A DNA stretch of 62,818 bases, counting the filler, from Chiloscyllium plagiosum (Eukaryota): assembly GCF_004010195.1 (NCBI RefSeq). It is 6 parts of 2 records of this genome, joined end to end, with 100 filler letters (N's around TTAATTAATTAA, not from the genome) between each part and the next. Parts side by side here need not be neighbours in the genome. Positions count along the whole stretch, not along the records: positions 58,382 to 62,818 come from NC_057716.1; 5 more parts are not named here. The stretch is one strand, 5' to 3'. The first letter of the stretch is position 1, and every line of letters begins with the position of its first letter. The notes under the pieces are model-generated. The model saw only the letters and a program-made list of their open reading frames with translations, ran no database searches and was not told the origin of the DNA. A program made the position numbers and the translations under genes. Of the stretch, positions 62,677 to 62,818 are shown one piece after another.

Positions 62677-62818
62677 TGCCTCCCCCTCGTTCCTCTTCTT
62701 TTTCTTCCTCTGAGCTCTCGGGATGTGGGGCAGCTGGTCCAGGGACAGTCCCGTTCCCCTCTGACACCTTCCCCTCCCCCCCTTCTCCTCCCCCCCATCC
62801 CCCCCCCTTCTCCTCCCC

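Overview
Vertebrate genomic DNA, very probably a shark or other cartilaginous fish; this is inferred from the repeat content (CR1 LINEs, HE1/V-SINE-like and Deu-type SINEs, abundant Penelope-like elements). The first ~31 kb carry seven in-frame + strand coding exons of a RIMBP2 (RIMS-binding protein 2) gene. They splice with GT-AG boundaries and consistent phases into 1435 nt encoding coiled-coil, SH3-1 and the first FN3 domains. One exon is a 21-nt microexon that the ORF track misses. The gene start lies upstream, and I cannot find the next expected exon (GPPAPPQDV-type) in the remaining 31 kb. The rest is intronic or intergenic DNA dominated by retroelements: nested CR1s (one near full length with ORF1 and a tandem 5' UTR), a second CR1-group LINE with a tail-sharing SINE, a Rex/Babar-like fragment and a large Tx1-clade element. 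At least four Penelope-like (PLE) families carry minimal hammerhead-ribozyme cores, and several copies are short fold-back insertions with 13-15 bp TSDs. Five artificial 100-bp N44-TTAATTAATTAA-N44 linkers and six plain N gaps interrupt the assembly. Family names come from recalled motifs, not database searches, and TE boundaries are approximate.
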